Assembly (NCBI GenBank): GCA_013265495.1
Contig: MU058636.1
Span: 8,076,295 to 8,140,294 of the forward strand
DNA length: 64,000 nt
From: Vicugna vicugna
Taxonomy: Eukaryota
Direction of reading: 5' to 3'
The translations under genes were made by a program, and so were the position numbers. Shown in pieces: positions 1-12,406 of this stretch (the first letter of the stretch is position 1; every line of letters begins with the position of its first letter). The notes under the pieces were generated by a model that worked only from the letters and a program-made list of their open reading frames with translations, was not told the DNA's origin and ran no database searches.

Positions 1-565
1 GTATATAGATTCATTTGTATTAGTTTTTAGATCCACATATAAGTGGTATTATCTGTCTGACTTCACTTGGTTTGATGTTCTCTAGGTCCATCCATGTTGC
101 TGTAAATGGCAGTATTTCATTCTTTTTATGACTGCGTAACATTCCATTGTGTGTATGCTTGTGTGTGTAGACCACATCTTCTTAAGCCCATCATCCATTG
201 ATGGGCACTTGGGGTGTTTCTATTCCTTGGTTATTGTAAATAGTCCAGTTATGAATACTGGGGTGCATGTATCTTTTTGATTTAGAGTCTTCATCTTTTC
301 TGGGTAACACCAAGGAATGGGACTGTTGGATAATATAGTAGCTCTGTTTTTAGTTTTTAAAGGAATCTCCATACTGTTTTCCATAGTGGCTGTACCAAAC
401 TGCATTCCCACCAGCAGTAGGAGGGTTCCCTTTTCTCCACAGCCTCTCCAGCATTTGTCATTTGTGGATTTTTTAATGATGGGCATTCTGACCCATGTGA
501 GGTGATACCTCACCGTGGCTTTGATTTGCATGGCTCTGATAATTTGTGATACTGAGCATTCCAAA
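1..565 (-). mobile_element. LINE-1 3' fragment (ORF2 C-terminus and 3' UTR)
   Basis: ORF 220..564 translates to degenerate L1 ORF2 C-terminus (MQIKATVRYHLT...KCWRGCGEKGTLL). Confidence 0.9.
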
Positions 566-1079
566 GTGCAGCAAAGGTTTAGAAAACCTGAAGTTCCTTC
601 TACTACTTTAAGTTACTGCAGTTCTTATTCAATTTCATTTTTGTTTGGCAACAGACAAGGTATTTGTTTTTTGTCTCTCTTCCCTCTGATCTAAGCTTCA
701 ATATAATAAGAACATCTCTATTCTAATGAAATACTATAGACAGAAGGATGACTGATGGTGGCACAGAAAACACAAGGCCTACAGGAGCAGGGAGACCTGG
801 GTTTGACTCCTTGCTCTGCCACTCACTGTATGGTTGTAAGCAGGTCAGTCACCGAGTCTAGTTCATATTATGCAAGACAGAAGTGGTATCATCCATTCAG
901 TATGGCTGTTGTGAGAATCAGAAATAGGTACCTAATAACTCATAGCTACTACTGTTAATTAAAAAAACAAACAACATGTGAAAAGTTTAAATAATCTAAA
1001 CAACACTTGAAATATGCTTGGAATACAAAAAAAGGTTCTAATTCTATAATAAAGCATTTTGAAGGTAGAAAGGACATAC

Positions 1080-1147
1080 CTGCTCCCCGGGCTGCTGAGG
1101 ACTAGAAGCTGTGGGTTGCTGAGGCTGCTGTGGTGTAAACTGAGGGA

Positions 1148-1191
<44 letters not shown>

Positions 1192-1223
1192 AGAGTGTTA
1201 AAAATGAGCGAACCTCCTGGAAG
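1080..1223 (-). CDS. SUPT20H: SUPT20H exon 23 (LPGGSLIFNTL-Q14-LPQFTPQQPQQPTASSPQQPGEQ)
   Basis: gatag|CTT...CAG|gtatgt, 144 nt. Confidence 0.95.
1149..1190 (-). repeat. Pure (CAG)14 coding trinucleotide repeat
   Basis: 42 nt of uninterrupted ctg on the + strand. Confidence 0.97.
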
Positions 1224-3082
1224 CTATCAAGAATTTAAGCAAGATTAATTAGCCAATCTCAGAAGATTTAAATTTCTGTATTCTACAAATATCTTGGGGG
1301 CATTCACTATGTGTCAGGCATTCTTCCAAGGACTGAAGAAACAGAGGTAAACAAAAATCAAAAACAACATCCCTGCCCTTAATGAGGGAATGATCTATTT
1401 AAACACAATTTTTAAGTGCTATTAACTTTGGCTCTCAAACATAAATCTTTCTGTCTCAAGTTAATAGTTACCTATCCCAATATACATACTGCTTTTATTT
1501 AACTTTTTATAAAGCAACACAAAACAGCATTAAGTGCATTTAGTAGAACTATACATTTGCAAGAAACTAGTGCTAATCAGAGATATATATTAAGAAAACT
1601 CATCTCCCTAACTCTGGTCTAGCTTTGCCCAAAGTCAGAAATGCCTGGCTTTTTACATAACCTAGCCAGGAATTTCAAAGCTGAAAAGAAAACACATGAG
1701 ATGTCCATATTTAGTTTGGACATTACTTATTCAGTCATTCTGAATCTAGATTAACTAAAGAAAAAAAAAAAACCCCAAACTTTCTTAAAATAAGCATTCA
1801 GAAAACGCCATATTAAAAACTAAAACTATGCACTCCAAATGCACCAGGAAGCAAAGGGTTTTCCCATTTTATTCTATAGGTGTTTAAGTTAAAAGCACTT
1901 TGAAGTTCTGGGGGAAAGTCCAAGCATATACTAGATACAGAACTCTAAGGTCTGTACGGTCAAAAACAGGCATCAGGGCAAAAGCCCACGCCCAGCACAG
2001 CTTGCTGCCAGGTAGCCCGGACACAGACAAGGCAAACGGTCCCTCCTCAATGACTGAGACCATAAAATGCAGCAAAATCTAATCTGTAAGGTGGTTTTGC
2101 CCTTAATCCTTATTATCAGGACTATTAAGGAATACCACTCCTAATACTGAGACCATGTCTGTAGAAATTCCTACAGCAACATGCAGGCAAGTGGCTGAAT
2201 AAACTGAACCAATGTGTCCATATTACAAGTACACCGTTCTGCACTTAGCCTGTAAATATGGATACTATTTGCGTCTTATACAGAAAATAAGTTTTAAGTT
2301 TTAGTTCTAAATGTATTTCCTGATTTATTACTTCTGAATATCAAGTTGGGTTGATCTGTTAGTTATTTCCTAATAATATACAGCTCTGCTATTTTGTCTC
2401 CAAATCCTTATATTCATGTCTACCATTTCTACAAATTCTCTGTAGTAGTCCTATTTATTTTCTAACCTACTAGCTTATACTGGACTTTAAACTAAAGGAC
2501 CAAGCTTAACACCCAGAATATTGTAAACTCACAACATGTACTAAATTCTCCACCTACAGTCTCTTATTATATGTTAACACGTGTTAATAATGTATAAAAA
2601 AAAGTCTCATCATTAGATGCAAACTGTAATCTAACAAACATTTCTTGAATGACTACCAGGTGCCTGGCACTGTGTTAGAAGTCATATTCTCCTCAGGAAA
2701 AGAACACATACCTACTTTTTAAAATGTCTATTCATGCACAAAACCTACTGTAAGCAAACACCAATATATGTATGTACATCAAAAGTCTGTTAAGAGAGGA
2801 ATTATCTTCTATCTGCTGCTACTATTGTAGGCAAGTTATTCTCCTTGGCAGTTATCAATTCTCCCCTCCGGAACAACTAGCTCTTGACTGGGCAGGAATG
2901 CTAAAGCCAATAAAAGTGCAGTACACAGGATACCAATTCTTTCTCCTCCACTTGACCATGCAAAGGTAACCACACCCTTAGAAGATTCTGAACAACCTCA
3001 AATTTCAAATGCTGCTACGTACAGAAACATGTGGTTAAAAAAAGCTAAAAAATTTTAATTAAAAGCAGTGTTTCAGGTTTAC

Positions 3083-3138
3083 CTGGAGTAGATTTAAGGG
3101 CCTGAGACTTGAAGTATTTTTTAAACCAAATGGAACAC
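3083..3138 (-). CDS. SUPT20H: SUPT20H exon 22 (VPFGLKNTSSLRPLNLLQ)
   Basis: aatag|GT...CAG|gtaaac, 56 nt. Confidence 0.95.
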
Positions 3139-4519
3139 CTATTAAATAAAATTCATGGTTATAACAGGGAATTAAAACTTTATTATACTTGAAAGTATTT
3201 AATACTTTAGTATACACAAATACAGTATTTTAAGCACTTTTTGCATATACATGCTTATTTTCTATACTTTTAAAATTTCTTGAAAACAGAAAAATCCATT
3301 TTCATCAATATTTATCAATACTGAGATCTTATTCAAAGATGTGAAGCATCAAATGTACAATACGTTCTGTATTTCAGAAACTGAGACCTCTTTATCATTA
3401 TTTTTGACTGCTGGCTGGAAAAGTAATCTAGTAGCATGTAAATGCCTTAAGTATAACCAAACTATCACTGTTATGCAAATACATTTCAGGTACTGACGTC
3501 TACTTACATTCCTCAGTGCTAAACAGTACATGATAATAATGCTATCTCCGAGAACCGGTGTGCTCTGTGCTATCTTTTAAAGTACAAATGCTAATGTTAA
3601 TAATGCTAAAGAACGTTGAATTTTATGTGTATAGATCAAGCTTCGAGTCAGGAGACAATGCTCTGTTAATTCTGAACTTATTTAAGCATGTATATATTTT
3701 CCTCACTCAATTTACCAACTCAAACACTAATTAAAAATGCATCTAGTTCTCTAAGCAGCTAACTATATAAAAAAGATAAAGGGCAGGTAATATACAGATC
3801 ACAGCATGAAAGCCTTGTATAAGAAACAGAAAAAGCATAATTAGATAAAAATAAGACAATATTGATATCCCCTCCAGGAATTCTCATTTTAAAAAAAGAC
3901 GTAACTCCATTTAAAGGTGAGTGACATCTGTATAATGTTTTTATAGCTTACCAAAGGCACTTTCATGTCACTCCACTTATTTCTCATAAGTACCAATTGA
4001 AATTAGATGTTTTTACTTCCATCTTAGAATAGATGAAACTAAGGCTCAGCAGGAAAAATAAAGTGACTTCTTTCAGGCCCCCCTGTCAGCATTTGGAGCT
4101 ACAAGTAACTGGTGGAATTACACATAAATATAAACATCTTAAATTCAACACTGATTCCATTTCCAGGGCTCATGCCACTAGAACACATTTATTCACATTA
4201 AAATAAGAATATCAGCTAGAACTGGGAAATCACAGCAATATATTAACATGTTTAAATTATACTCTGTGGCTTCTCTTTTTCCTAACTCATAGAAACTGGT
4301 TGATAAGTTTTTCTTTCTAAGTCAAGTATGTTTTTCCTGTTAATTTTTTTCTCATTAGTAAGGAACTGGATTGTTCTGAGATAGTATAATACATTCTCTT
4401 AAAAAGCATTAAAAACAGCACAAGTTGTTAACACTTTTTTCCAGTACATGTAATTAGAATTACTACCACTACTACTACAATAGAGCTACTACTACTGATA
4501 ATAATGACAGTAAGTATTT

Positions 4520-4750
4520 TTGAACGTTTATCACGTCTCAGGCATATTAAGTATTTTATTTGTAATTTTTCATTTAATCCTCACAACTATGAGATAAAAT
4601 TTACTATACTCCTCATTTATTTATAAGCAAAGCGAGGCACAATAGTAACTTGGCCATGACTACACGGTTACAGTAAATCGCAGAAGCAGGACTCAAACAC
4701 AGGCAGTCTGGCTCCAGAACCGAGGCTTTTAAGTACCATGCTATGTTGCC
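4520..4750 (-). mobile_element. MIR SINE
   Basis: catttaatcctcacaac...ggactcaaacacaggcagtctggctccaga MIR core. Confidence 0.75.
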
Positions 4751-5077
4751 TTTCTTGCACACGTTTTCAAAATACATCTCTTTTACTTGGAATAGGACTA
4801 CACTGACAACTATCAAAGTTAATTTTACTATACTGTTTGGAAGGCAAAGACAACATTTCCAGAGACTAACAGGCTTACCAAGTTTCTCCACAAAAGCTGA
4901 CAACTAGAAGGCTTTCAATTTAAACATCAGAATGTTAAAAGCTTTTGAAAGGAAGTATTTCTGAAAGACTTCATAAAATAAGGATGTTAAATGTTTAAAT
5001 ATTAACCTTAAAAATGACATTTTTACATTAGCATGGACTTTAATTTTGGTGGAGGTTATTATTTCCAATATTCTGAC

Positions 5078-5232
5078 CTGCTTGAGAAGCTGCCTGCATT
5101 GCACCGGGCAATGCACTTGGTAACAGACCTCCTGAGGGTAGAAGGCCACTCAGGTTTATTCCTGCAGGAGTTATGGCACCAGTGTTACAGCCCAGCATAG
5201 GGTTGGAACCACTCATCAAAGCTTGAGCTCCA
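5078..5232 (-). CDS. SUPT20H: SUPT20H exon 21 ([14 protein letters not shown]...AASQA-G)
   Basis: ctgcag|T...GCAG|gtcaga, 155 nt. Confidence 0.95.
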
Positions 5233-5727
5233 CTGCAGGAGAATAAGACAAAGCATTAAACTAGCACTTATAAAAGGGAAAATCAGCCACATAATTTCTT
5301 GGATTAAAAAAGGAAACTGCGAAACAAACACATATTTCTGTCTTAAATGTCAGCTTGGAGGTTCGGTTTGATTTTTATGCTGGAAAGTGACAGCAATGTT
5401 GGCTAAAACTAAGTATTGTACATTTATCAAGGTTTAAAATATAATTTGGAAAAGTAATGTACTACTCAGTGGGTTAAAAGATGTTAACAGAGGAGAAACA
5501 GAAAACCTAAGCTACTGTCAAGGTGAAGTAATAAATAGATGTAATGTAATAGATGGATTACCTAAAATTAAAACATACTCGTTGAGATAGCTTCTATCCA
5601 CAAAGAAACTATTTTCTTCCAGTTTCACTAATATGCAATTTGTTCTTAATTTCATAAACAAGAATTTATTTAGGATCGTGAGAATATCTTTAAAAAAAAA
5701 CATACCAGAGTGTCAATGCAAACTTAC

Positions 5728-6034
5728 CAAACAGAGCCCACTACATTGATGAAGTTAAGTCCAGCAGAGTTTGCCATGACCTGGGTGGCCGTGCTTCCTG
5801 TAGTTATAGATGTTACCATGGTGGAAAGAGGAATGGTCGTTACAGGCATTGCCTGGCTCAGAGACTTTTGCTGCTGAGCAAACTGAGTTAACAAAGTGGG
5901 CTGAGGGGTGAAGCCTGAATCTTGGGGAGTAGGGGCAGTTGAAGGGGTAATAGGAGTTGAGCTCTGAGCATCAGGAGGGTGTGGGGTCGATGAAGGGGTT
6001 GGTGTAGGAGTAGATGGCTTAGGAGTTCCAGATC
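5728..6034 (-). CDS. SUPT20H: SUPT20H exon 20 (SGTPKPSTPTPT...NVVGSV-C); internal alternative acceptor at 5797
   Basis: gagcag|GA...TTTG|gtaagt, 307 nt, open reading frame, P/S/T-rich. Confidence 0.92.
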
Positions 6035-6745
6035 CTGCTCATTGAGAAAAATAAAAATTGCTAGTTTGTTATAAATGGCCAGTCCTTTTTAAAATAAGGT
6101 TAATGGAATCTTATTTAGCACTGACAATTTGTTCCATTTTTTTAAGCAGTTAACTGCAAGTGTTAATTCTACACATGATACATGAGTGTTGCTACACTCA
6201 ATTACAATTAAGGATGCAGTATATCACCTACAAATCCCATCAGAGATGCTATTACAGTAACAGTAAAAATATACATTTGTATTCTACCACAACACCCATT
6301 TAAAAGTTAGTTTCCTACAGGCTACCTTTGGCCTAAAAAGTTTAAAAGGAATTCTAATTAATTTTTGTTATTTACGATTTCACTAACTTAGGACTTCATT
6401 TAGAAATATTGCTTACTTTCTGTAACAGTCTGAGATAAACTCTGAACATATTTAATAAATTACATATGGTTAACAATCATATTTGGCACCTAAATATACA
6501 TACTTAATTCCTAACACATCAAGTTTATCCTGACAAACAAATTTTACAAAACACAGTAATAAAGCAAGTATTTGATAGATAATACTGCATCTTTAACAGT
6601 AACTGTGTACTTCTGTTTAAATGTAGAATGTATAGAAAATCTGTTGTGAATGAAGTATGCACAGTTTATCAACTTTAAAAAAAAACAAAAACAAAAAACA
6701 AAAACCAAAAAAATAAAACCAAAAGCTCTTGAGGTGTTTTCTTTT

Positions 6746-6759
6746 TTAGCTTTCATGTC
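6746..6759 (-). CDS. SUPT20H: SUPT20H alternative exon, coding part (-RHES*), short isoform
   Basis: Strong acceptor ttcctttctttctgcag|GA CAT GAA AGC TAA in phase with exon 19; I recall a short mouse Supt20/p38IP form ending in RHES. Confidence 0.7.
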
Positions 6760-7740
6760 CTGCAGAAAGAAAGGAAAGAAATGTGAATGTCCAGAAGCTG
6801 TCACTCAACCCTTACTTAAAGTAACAACTGTGTGCAGTAGATTAACATAATCCAGACCCACAACATAAGAAGTGTGAATAAGACTTTCAGGAAATTTATA
6901 AATTTTTCTTTGTGCAAAACAAGAAGGCAGAAAAATTACACCTTTTGAGCTATCAAGATGAAGATGTTTACATCTAATGCGAAGACCACCCTGTCACTGT
7001 GCAGTGTACTAAAACTTTCAGCACACACTAGTTAGCCATAAAAAAAAAATCTAAAAAACTGGAATACTTTTTTCTAGGTTGGTACCTAAATAGCTCAGAT
7101 AATTACTAATTTGAAGAAATTCTCCCAAACTAAAGCTAGAATTCTTGAATAACTTTTCTTGATGTAAAAAAAAAAATTCAGTAGTAAAAGTTACATTTTT
7201 GTATCTTCAGAATAATGCTTTATGATAATCCCACATTTTAGTAACTGACAACAATTTGTAAAAGTGAAGGGGTATTACTGAAGAGTCAGTTTTCAATTTA
7301 TTGTATCACCACCTTGGAACTAGTTGGCTTCTGGTATCTATAAAGATAGAACTGCAGCAACAACTCTTACGGCATTTTTTTTTCCACATCAGCTGCATAG
7401 TATACATAAAATGTAAAATGGTCCTAAGGCACACTGGAGTAAAAAATAATTTGGAGTCTTACTGCCACATTTAACTACCAGGTTATATTTTTTAGGAGAT
7501 GTGTAGGTTGCAAGTCTATAAGAAAGGTATACACAAGGTGCATACATACAGAAAAACAAATACAATTACAATAAACACATAATACATACAGTCAACAAGA
7601 GATCTGCCTGAAGGTTTTCAAAACTTTTACATTTTGGGTAGACAGTACATTCATATTTCACTGGTCAAAAAGAGTCGTCTTAAGGAACACTAATGCGAAA
7701 GTTTATGAAGAGTTAATGAAGAATTTAAGTTATGACTCAC

Positions 7741-7899
7741 TTTGTGATGAACTGGCAGGTGACAGGGCAGCTGGAGAGAGCATGCTCACTTGACTGAGGT
7801 CCACAGATGACTTCCGAGAAAGACTTGGTGGCTTAGAAGTAGGAGGAGGAGTCGGAGATTTAAGAAAGCTGCTGGCCTGCTGTGGTGTGAAATAGTTAC
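7741..7899 (-). CDS. SUPT20H: SUPT20H exon 19 ([15 protein letters not shown]...PASSSQ-R)
   Basis: ttctag|GT...CAAA|gtgagt, 159 nt. Confidence 0.95.
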
Positions 7900-8032
7900 C
7901 TAGAAGAGGAATACAAATGATATTTCCTAGATTTACAATTCAAAATTCTGAGTAAATCAAAATATGCGTAAACAGATTACATTCATGTGTTGGTTCTTAC
8001 TCTAGACTACAGAAAACTCTGGACTGTAATAC

Positions 8033-8135
8033 CTGAGGAACTACTTCCTGAGCCCGAGGGAAGTTTGATGGGTGGAGGTCTATGCTTCACTCCCTTCCCC
8101 AGTACTGAAGGCTGAACTGACACGGTCTCAGGCTG
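8033..8135 (-). CDS. SUPT20H: SUPT20H exon 18 ([26 protein letters not shown]...SSS-G)
   Basis: ctctcag|CAG...TCAG|gtatta, 103 nt. Confidence 0.93.
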
Positions 8136-8669
8136 CTGAGAGATAGTGACATTAAGTATACTCATTAAAGTTAAGGTCAGATTAATAGCATTACAACTCC
8201 TACATGACAACAGAGTTTAAAACTGCAAAGTACTCTAAATGGTTATAAATTGGTTATTACAGATGTTTCAAAAGAATGTAATTTTTCATAAGAAGATCCA
8301 TAAAATACACAAAGGATGAAGGAAAAACTTCTGAGTAATAAGGTGGAGAGAAAGAGTTTGAGGAAGAGCAGAGGAGTAAGAGTACAGCAAAGCTTCACTC
8401 TTATATCTTCTCCAGAAAAACTAACTGTTGAAGCCAGGTGGGTGATCAGTATACACAGATGTTCATTACACTTTTTGCTCTACCTCTCTGTACTTTGAAA
8501 ATTTCCATTATAAAAAGTTAAATAATAAAAAGAAAATCAAAGTTAAAAGTAAAAACAAAACTAAACAATGCCTCTATCCCTCAAAAAATAGACTTAACAT
8601 TTCTCAGATTCCTTGAGAAACAATTAGGCAGAAAAAAGTAAGAGCACAAAAAAAGTTAACCGAACACAC

Positions 8670-8787
8670 TTCTGCTTCTTTCCCTGGAGAAGGCTGACTC
8701 AAGCTGGCGGAGCCACTGGAGCTATGTGACATCTTCACTGGACATTTGGCTTCATTCTGGACCAATTCCTGGTACTGATTGACTACT
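8670..8787 (-). CDS. SUPT20H: SUPT20H exon 17 ([19 protein letters not shown]...GKEAE)
   Basis: ttccag|A...GAA|gtgtgt, 118 nt. Confidence 0.92.
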
Positions 8788-9332
8788 CTGGAATATGAGG
8801 CGGAATACAGGTATGGATTAGCTAACTGTTTTAAGCACAAATTTATTACACAGGAAATGCATAACTGTTAATGAAAAAAGTTCTATCAAAACTAACAGAA
8901 AAATTTAGACAACTTATCTTTGTTAAAAGCACATTTTTCTAATCTTTTTAAACAACAAGCTAGTGCTGAAAACGTTTTGCTAACAACCTAAAGATATACT
9001 TCCAGTATCTTGTCTCTAAAGCAGAAATTACAGTGATTATTTCACCAATAAACAGCCAAAAGAATTATCCCAACTTTCACTTATATTCTGATCAAAGTAC
9101 AACCTAGAAATCATTTTCTTTAGCTATCGTAAATACATCTAAGTTTTCTTATTTAAAATAAAGCTTTACTTTAAACATTCTTTTAATTGTTATTTTCCTA
9201 TTTCTAGTAAAAGATCCTAGTAAAGCATAATTAAAATCAAAGCTTTGATTCCTAATGGAATACTCTCTACCCTGTAAGAGTGAAGTTGATCATATCCATC
9301 CAGATCAAAAATAAAGATGCAACTATTTTTAC

Positions 9333-9365
9333 CTCTCAGCATCAGTCTTTGATCCAATAATGAAC
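9333..9365 (-). CDS. SUPT20H: SUPT20H exon 16, 33 nt (FIIGSKTDAE-R)
   Basis: tgtag|G...GAG|gtaaaa; phase 2-2. Confidence 0.92.
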
Positions 9366-9937
9366 CTACATAAAAAAAAAAAAGAGGAAAGTATTAGATA
9401 TCTAGACTTGCTTTAAAAGGCCCTGAGATTACTTTTGAAGGCTTCCATATTTTAGTGACAGTAATTTTAGAGACTGAGTTAAAATCTACCAAGATATCAT
9501 GAAAAAAAGAAAAAAAAAATCTTGTTAAATACGTTGAAAAATATTGAAGCAGTGACCAAGTTTTGCATGCATTATAAAACAATTCTGTGAATAATTTGGC
9601 TGATTTAATTTAAGGGATATTTATTTTGGCACAAAACCTATGTATCAAAACAAAATCTGAGCTGAAAGTTAACAAGACCTATACATCCTTGCAATTATCT
9701 GTCCTACAACAAAATTCACTGAATTGTGTGCAAGGCCTTTGGCCTTCTTCTCACTTTCATCTTTGATTTTGGAAGTTGTTATTAATGTCTACATGGCAGG
9801 ATCTTAGAATATATTTTAGACAAGGAAGATCACCGCCAATTCAAATAAAGTGTCTTTATCAAGTCTTTTAAAAGAGTTTGACATTTATATGATTTCTTAA
9901 CAGATTAAAATAGTGAGTTTGTTTATTTTTTAATTAC

Positions 9938-9964
9938 CAATTTGAATGATCATCTGTGGAGAAG
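9938..9964 (-). CDS. SUPT20H: SUPT20H exon 15, 27-nt micro-exon (FSTDDHSN-W)
   Basis: tttcag|CTTC...AATTG|gtaatt; phase 2-2. Confidence 0.9.
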
Positions 9965-10648
9965 CTGAAATATAAAATGTAAAAAAAAGAAAAAAACTTG
10001 GTTAATGCAGCTCAAACTTTCACTTCATAGCGATTTAATCAAGTAATTTATGAATATGGAAGAATGACTGGAAGGTAATTAAATCATGCAGCATTTTTGC
10101 AGCAACGTCCTGATGTAAAAAGCAAAAAATTCAATTATGTTCTTGTTAAACAAATCTGATCAGTTGGCTTTTTGAACCTTTTTTTTTTGAACCATTTTTT
10201 TTTTAAATGAGAAAATGTATGTTACTCCCTTGTGTTTGAGAAAAGTTAATAACTATTTAAAATGACCAATGTGTATCTTTAAGGAGAAGACTCAAAAATA
10301 GTTAAAATATTTGATCTTTCTACAAAAACAGAAACTACTAATGTGAAAAAATTAGCTGAGGATTTCCCAACTGCTATTGTTCCCTCCCATCAACTTTTAC
10401 TTAGGTATTGGTGAGGCTATTCTTTAAATCCACCTTTCTTTTGTAGTTTCAACCAGCATTTTGTAATGATTTAACGCAGAGGTGGGCCCTGCTTTTTTCT
10501 CCTGAGTTCCTCTTTATTTTTTCTTCTTTTTAGAACAGCACCAACTTGATTAAAAAACAGAAGTAATAATAAAACTAACAATAACTAAAGCTAAATACTG
10601 GGTACCTTGTAGTAAATACATGCAGTCTATAAGTTTAGGAAGATCAAC

Positions 10649-10984
10649 TAGTTGGCTTTCCATATCTGTGGGTTCCACATCCCCAGATTCAACCACCATG
10701 GATCGAAAATATTTTGGGGAAAAAAATTCCAGAAAGCTCAAAAATGCAAAACTTGAATTTGCCATAGGGGGCAACTCTTCATGTAACATTCAAATTGCAC
10801 TTACTGCTATTTTCATAGCATTTAGATTGTATTAGGTATTACAAGTAATCTAGATAAAATATGTGGGAGGATGTGCGTAGGTTGCAAATACAACACCATT
10901 TTTATACTGAGACTTAAGCATCCGTAGCTTTTGGTATCCAAGGGGTCCTTGAACCAAACTCCTGTGGATACCCAGGGACAACTG
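10649..10984. mobile_element. MER2-like Tigger-family MITE
   Basis: Ends tagttggctttccatatctg / ggatacccagggacaactg resemble recalled MER2 terminal inverted repeats. Confidence 0.75.
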
Positions 10985-11444
10985 TTTACTTATCTCCAGA
11001 GCCAGTAACTACATTAAGTACTGAATCTGTGTCCTTACAGGCAGTGCTGAAATATCAAGCATTTTTAATAGCTTTTACATTTATATTTAGAGTAAACTTG
11101 CTTCCTATTTAAAACTATCACCCAGAAGCACCTTCATGCTCACAGAGAGGTTAAAGTGGCAACACATAAATATATCAAGAGGGGTATCACAGGCATATAT
11201 TCAAAGCAAAAATAAAAATAATTACAGAATAGGTTTTTAAAAAAGAAACAATTATTTTAAAGAACTCCTGGATAATATGGTAACTACAACTTAAGTTTAC
11301 TTAAAGGTTTGCTGTCAAATCTAACTGGACTATTTAACTAACAAATGAAACCCCAAAGGGAAATTGTGATTCATTAATAGTTCACCATTAGTTGCTAAAT
11401 AAATTCTGATGGCTTATTTTGTCAATTACACGCATCTAACTCAC

Positions 11445-11602
11445 TGAGATGGAGACATCTGGCTGTCACTTTCTTCATCTTCTTTACACGGCTGTATTTT
11501 ACCATAGTAAAGTGGATCACCAAGTGACTGCAAAATGGTCAGCTTTGTTTTCTGATACTGATTACCAGCTTCACATTCAAACACATAATCATCTTTTATA
11601 TC
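11445..11602 (-). CDS. SUPT20H: SUPT20H exon 14 ([13 protein letters not shown]...SQMSPS-H)
   Basis: ttttcag|GAT...CTCA|gtgagt, 158 nt; lies within ORF-track 11441..11683. Confidence 0.95.
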
Positions 11603-12334
11603 CTGAAAAAGAATATTCCAAATAAATACCTTCTCCAGTAAATACATAACCAGAAACAAATGACAAAGTAACATATCTGACAATTAGAAGACTCATGGAA
11701 CATAGTCTATAGGCCTATTTGAGAGTGCCTAAGACAATGAAGCCAGGATTATTTTTTTACACAGTACTTTGCGAATGAGAGCTCCAAAGGGCTATCTAGT
11801 TAACAGAGCCTGAGTAAAACGTCAAAATTTCATATAATGGAGATATGAATGCAAATACGAAATATTAAGAGGCTAAAACTTTCAAAACCAAACCTGTTTC
11901 TACTTATCATCAGTCTTCTTGCTATTGCAAATATAAAAACATGTGTCATCATTGCACTCCTAGATTCATCTAATCAAGTATGCCTATTTCTCCCTTTAAG
12001 AAATTATAATTGCTATTAGGGAAACGTACACAAAACATTTGATATCCTTACAGTAACTTACTAATTACTAACTTGAAACAGAAAACAAGTCAGAACTACC
12101 AATATGTGACCAAAACAAGAGTAAAAATGCAGTTATGCATTAAAAATGTCCTTTAGAATGGAAACCATACTTCTTGAAAAAAAATTAAAGTTTGTCCATT
12201 TTTTAATTCAGTGAACTCCCAGAAAGTTCTTTAAAAAAAAATCCCAAAGTAAAGGCTACTATACTTTAAATTTAATAAATTCAGATCCCAGATTAGAAAC
12301 AGCATTAGAAACGGAGATCGCAATGGTTACTTAC

Positions 12335-12406
12335 ATGGGCTGGCCAGACTGTTGGTTGTGAGTCATCAGATTTGATAGACTTTTCCACTTTGGCGTATTT
12401 TTCCAC
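12335..12406 (-). CDS. SUPT20H: SUPT20H exon 13 ([24 protein letters not shown])
   Basis: cttag|GTG...CAT|gtaagt, 72 nt. Confidence 0.95.

Noticed and set aside
220..564. 114-aa ORF
   Set aside because: Degenerate LINE-1 ORF2 C-terminus, not a host gene
5706..5727. Downstream alternative donor for exon 20 (CTG|gtatgt)
   Set aside because: The upstream donor is already strong and extension gives an immediate stop; motif only
8001..8032. Downstream alternative donor for exon 18 (AGA|gtaaga)
   Set aside because: Would add an in-frame TAG; no support beyond the motif
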